A model generated the notes under the pieces. The model saw only the letters and a program-made list of their open reading frames with translations. It made no database searches and was not told the DNA's origin. A stretch of 63,715 nucleotides of DNA, counting the filler, from Choristocarpus tenellus KU-1152 (taxonomy: Eukaryota > Protista > Phaeophyceae), in the NCBI GenBank assembly GCA_964200185.2. It is 13 parts of 13 records of this genome, joined end to end, with 100 filler letters (N's around TTAATTAATTAA, not from the genome) between each part and the next. Parts side by side here need not be neighbours in the genome. Positions count along the whole stretch, not along the records: positions 49,497 to 61,006 come from CAXNAD020002281.1; positions 61,107 to 63,715 come from CAXNAD020026306.1; 11 more parts are not named here. One strand, written 5' to 3'. Each line of letters starts with the position of its first letter. Position 1 is the first letter of the stretch. Positions 60,091 through 63,715 of the stretch are shown here, piece after piece. The position numbers and the translations under genes are program-made.

Positions 60091-62662
60091 CTTGATCGCG
60101 ACACAGCGAGGCCTGGACATTAATGTATACAAATTTTCAAAAGCTCTTGTCATATTCTTTCATTTGATACATACAATGTTGTATAATTCTTGTGGAGATA
60201 CGGTGAAAAAAAGCAAGATTGCCCCATAGGGCGAAGCTACTGATACCACATTAATACTATTAACACAATTCACAACATTGCTTTATTACATAATAATGCT
60301 TTCTATACCCCAAGTGGAAAAAGTGTATATAAAAAAAACACTATCACTATATATAAAAAAAACACTTTCACTATATATATGCAGTGTACCAAGACCTGTA
60401 CACTCCACATTTTATAATGAGGCCCTCTGACATTTTACAGATGTGTTAGGGGCAAAACCAATGAAAAACCATCCAAATTTCAGAACAATCCTTGAAAAAG
60501 TAGCCAATGTCGAAAATGTTCAAGAAATTTTTCTAGTTACTATTTAACTGCTAGCTATGCTACACCACGGCCCTCCTGTGCCCCCAACCTTAGTCCTGCA
60601 CCCCTGGGTGAGGAGCTAGGGAAGCATGCCAAGAATCTAACAAGCCCATCTTCCCGGTTTCTCTAGCTTAAAATGCATGACACATCTAGATAGAGCTAAT
60701 TACTTGTGTTGTGAAAGAAACTATATCGAGATTTGACAACCCCTTTCTTTCCTGCTGTAGTATCCTGCCCCTCTCCCCCCTACCAAAGGCATAGCCAACT
60801 CATCCATAATTTTTTTTGCTTGCCTACCAAGGTGCCCAAAACTTCCACTGCCAAGGTATTGAGGTTACAACTACGAGGGTCAAAAGAACCCTCGTAGTGG
60901 AAGAAGAGGGGGTGAGATTGAGACTATTTGCGCACTTATGGTTTGATGTCTCCCACTTCTTAAAATGTACCGTACAAATGTTACAGGCGAATAGCGTGAG
61001 CGTTTCNNNNNNNNNNNNNNNNNNNNNNNNNNNNNNNNNNNNNNNNNNNNTTAATTAATTAANNNNNNNNNNNNNNNNNNNNNNNNNNNNNNNNNNNNNN
61101 NNNNNNCTGTCGGGTAGAAGATTGGTGCATCGGCCACCTGTCGACTGAACCCTCTGCCTTGTGACTTTCGTTTTGCACAGTTACGAGTTTGTACATGTTG
61201 GGGTGGTGAGGCTGGTGTGGATTCTTCAGCGCTGTGTGCTGTTTGTGAGAACTGTGCATATTGTTGTTAGGTGTTGGGAGCTGGACAACCCAAGTGAAAT
61301 GATATTTTTTCCAGGTGTTGTAGACTGCTGAACCGAAGTAGGATACTGGTTTGGAGTAGTCGTGGCATGTGCCAGTGTAGTATGGGGACAGGCATTATTG
61401 CTACTAACCAAAGCAGCATTTAGATGGTAACATTGTGTGATGGTGACAATGAACGTTCCTACTCTGGAACGTTTGAAGCATACCATGTGAGTAGAAATGT
61501 GACAGAAAACGTCTTGAAGTTGAAGAATATGAGGTTAAACGCATTCAGACACCTACCTGCACATTAAATGTATAATGTACCATCATACCCAAGAAGTTCT
61601 GTTTGAGTATTTCCAGAGTATACTACATTTGTGTACGAGTACTAGTTGGTGCTGTTGTAGATGTTGTGTTGATCTGCAGGAGACATGTGTCTGTCGACAA
61701 TGAGTTTCTTGGATAGTACTGGTCAATTTTGGTGCGCCTGCCATGGTGATTTTGATCATTTGTCGAATTCATGTCAGAAAGTAAGGTTGTGTGCAGGTGG
61801 ATGTTGAAGAATGGTTGGAATATTTGAGTACTGATGAAGACCTTCCAAAGGTCGTGTCTTTGCTCTGTTGTTGATCTCCTCTTTCCTCAGTGTTTATCGT
61901 TGTGATGGAATTGCTCAGCATCAAAAGGAGTGTTCCTGGGGAAGACTATCTACATGATGAGAGTAGGGGAGAAGAAATACCACGTCATTGGGTAAAGAGG
62001 ACGTAAAAATAACCCTCTTCCCAGTGTATTCTGTGGCTCATGGGAGATATGCGGGTTTCATGTCAGGGACTGAAGGTGACGAAGATTACACGTTAGGGTC
62101 TTGCTGTCCATACCTTCACCTCTCTGAACCTTCAGACAGGACGGGGATCACTGATTGGTCTAAATATATTGTATTTCTCTTTGGTGGGCAAAATATGGAG
62201 AGATAGACATTACCTGATGGATATGTATATATATATATAGATGATTGGGTTCAATTGAGTGTTGCGGAGAATGGTAAGATCACGAAGGGAGGTACGTAAT
62301 CTGTGACAAATATATTTGTCCTATTAGGTACAGGTCGAACTTACTTCCAACACTTGAAAGTTCTTGTGTAGCATGTACAAATGACTTGTTCTCAGCATCT
62401 TAAACCACGGTAGGTCACATCATTCTAGTATGGTCAGGGAGTCAGGGAAGGTGGGGTTAGAGGTGCTACACACTGCACTACTTCTCATACTAGCTAGTAG
62501 AAGTACTGAATAACTGCTGCACCCTACACTAATTGTACTACATACCACCATTCCTGTCTTGCATCTCATGCCTTGGTTCGGCACTTCCGCTACTTGTCGC
62601 CCATTCTCCTCCCTCAAATCTTCAGCTGGTATCTTTTTTTGCTTGTCTCCCATTCTGCTAGT

Positions 62663-62783
62663 GGGCCAAAGTATCTTAGGGGGGGGTGTCGGCGTCCGCT
62701 TTCACTCTCTTTCGAGTTTTCCTTTTTTGGTGTGATTTGGTCGCACGTGTCGGATTTGAGATGTCAGCAAAAAAAGACTGGTT
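62663..62783 (+). mobile_element. MITE family C, left part
   Basis: GGGCCAAAGTATCTTAGGGGGGGG terminus; interior shared with 18973-19118. Confidence 0.8.
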
Positions 62784-63206
62784 AGGTTCGTTTCTGTCCT
62801 TGCGTAGTAGGTATAACGGGGATGTATGCCACCATTTGATAATCGGGTTTTGATTGGGCGAGGAGTTTGTACGTTTTGCATGTGTCAGATGTCGAGTCTG
62901 TTCAAATAGGTCTATTGGTCTATGTGTGTTGGTTGTGTGGTTATATGATGAAGAAGAAGAGGTCTACTTGGGAGGCTGTTTCATTTTTTTTGTGTGTGTA
63001 CGACTGGGATTTGGTTAGCACCCAAAGAGGGTTGCAAATTAGGGTGTGTTTTGCCATTGTTTACGAGGAACATGAAAAAATGATTTTGTCTGCTGTGGGG
63101 TTGCTCTGTTCGTTGGTTTGCTTGCATTGGTTGTTTATGAAACGTACACATAGAGGATTGTTTGGGTGTGTTCTCTCCACGTGTGCACGATGAACCAAAA
63201 CATACG

Positions 63207-63464
63207 GATATAAAGTGTCTGAGAGGATAAAAAAATGTCTAAATGGGGACCAAACACCAGAATTTGGATTTTGGTGTATATCTGGCTATCGTGTCTGTTA
63301 GCAAGTGTCAGTATCGTTCTTCTGGACGCACCTTTTTCATAACGTATGTATGTTCCTAGTTAAGAACGTTTCAGAGCTGGTAAATGTCATAAAAAAGGCG
63401 TTGGAAGTCAAGCACTAAAGGGACAAGCAGGGCAAAATTCGTGCTTTTTAAGACACCTTCACTC
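63207..63464 (-). mobile_element. Diverged (old) MITE family A copy
   Basis: AAAGTGTCTGAGAGG ... GGACAAGCAGGGCAAAATTCGTGCTTTTAAGACACCTTCACTC, with the interior tggctatcgtgt.tgttag.aagtgtca conserved. Confidence 0.75.
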
Positions 63465-63715
63465 TGTTTGTTGCACAGTTTAAGTCTATGACTTATATTT
63501 GTTTGTGTGCGTGTGTTGTATGTCGTATGCAGTAAGACGTGGTTGTTGTCGCTGACGGTGTTAGGGTTGAAGTTGTTGGTACGAGGCACGGCAAAAGGTG
63601 TCCACGGAATACTTAGTGTGTACGAGTGGTTATTGGTCAAATAATGGTTTGTCGTACGTTCCGAGAAAAGTAGTTTGAGGTACACTTCTTCCACAGGTGC
63701 TGGGCTGGTGCTGTG

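Noticed and set aside
61107-61900. Possible LINE RT remnant on the minus strand
   Set aside because: The composition is suggestive but no intact diagnostic motif was found.
1-63715. Most short ORFs in the six-frame track; prokaryotic operon or defence-system interpretation
   Set aside because: They are antisense or shadow frames of exons, TE fragments or low-complexity DNA. Splice signals and intron structure show the DNA is eukaryotic.

Overview
This window is eukaryotic and is not one locus. It is 13 short contigs joined by 12 identical 100-nt artificial spacers (44 N + TTAATTAATTAA + 44 N). Spliced GT-AG genes, interstitial TTAGGG motifs and the transposon repertoire fit a repeat-rich stramenopile, probably a brown alga or other ochrophyte (inference). 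Reading exons across introns by eye gives partial genes for a Caprin-1-like Q/P-rich protein, PPP4R2 (head-to-head with exportin-4), an SZT2/KICSTOR-like protein, a HECT E3 ligase, a divergent NTT/TLC nucleotide transporter with a GC-AG intron, and a B-box exon. There is also a tRNA-Phe(GAA) with a mutated B-box. The rest is mostly transposon debris: an APE-type LINE, CRE-like RLE-LINE pieces, a frameshifted Ty1/Copia pol, a DIRS/Ngaro-type tyrosine recombinase remnant and an IS630/Tc1-like element. The most striking structure is a dense clan of MITEs, about 20 copies or ends in four internally different families. They share the terminal motif GRNNN-AAAGTATCT; the A and B families also share a subterminal GTCCATTTGG box. 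They show 3-4 bp unspecific target duplications, nest in each other and in other TEs, and sit at many assembly breaks. All homology calls come from motif recognition by eye; no searches were run.
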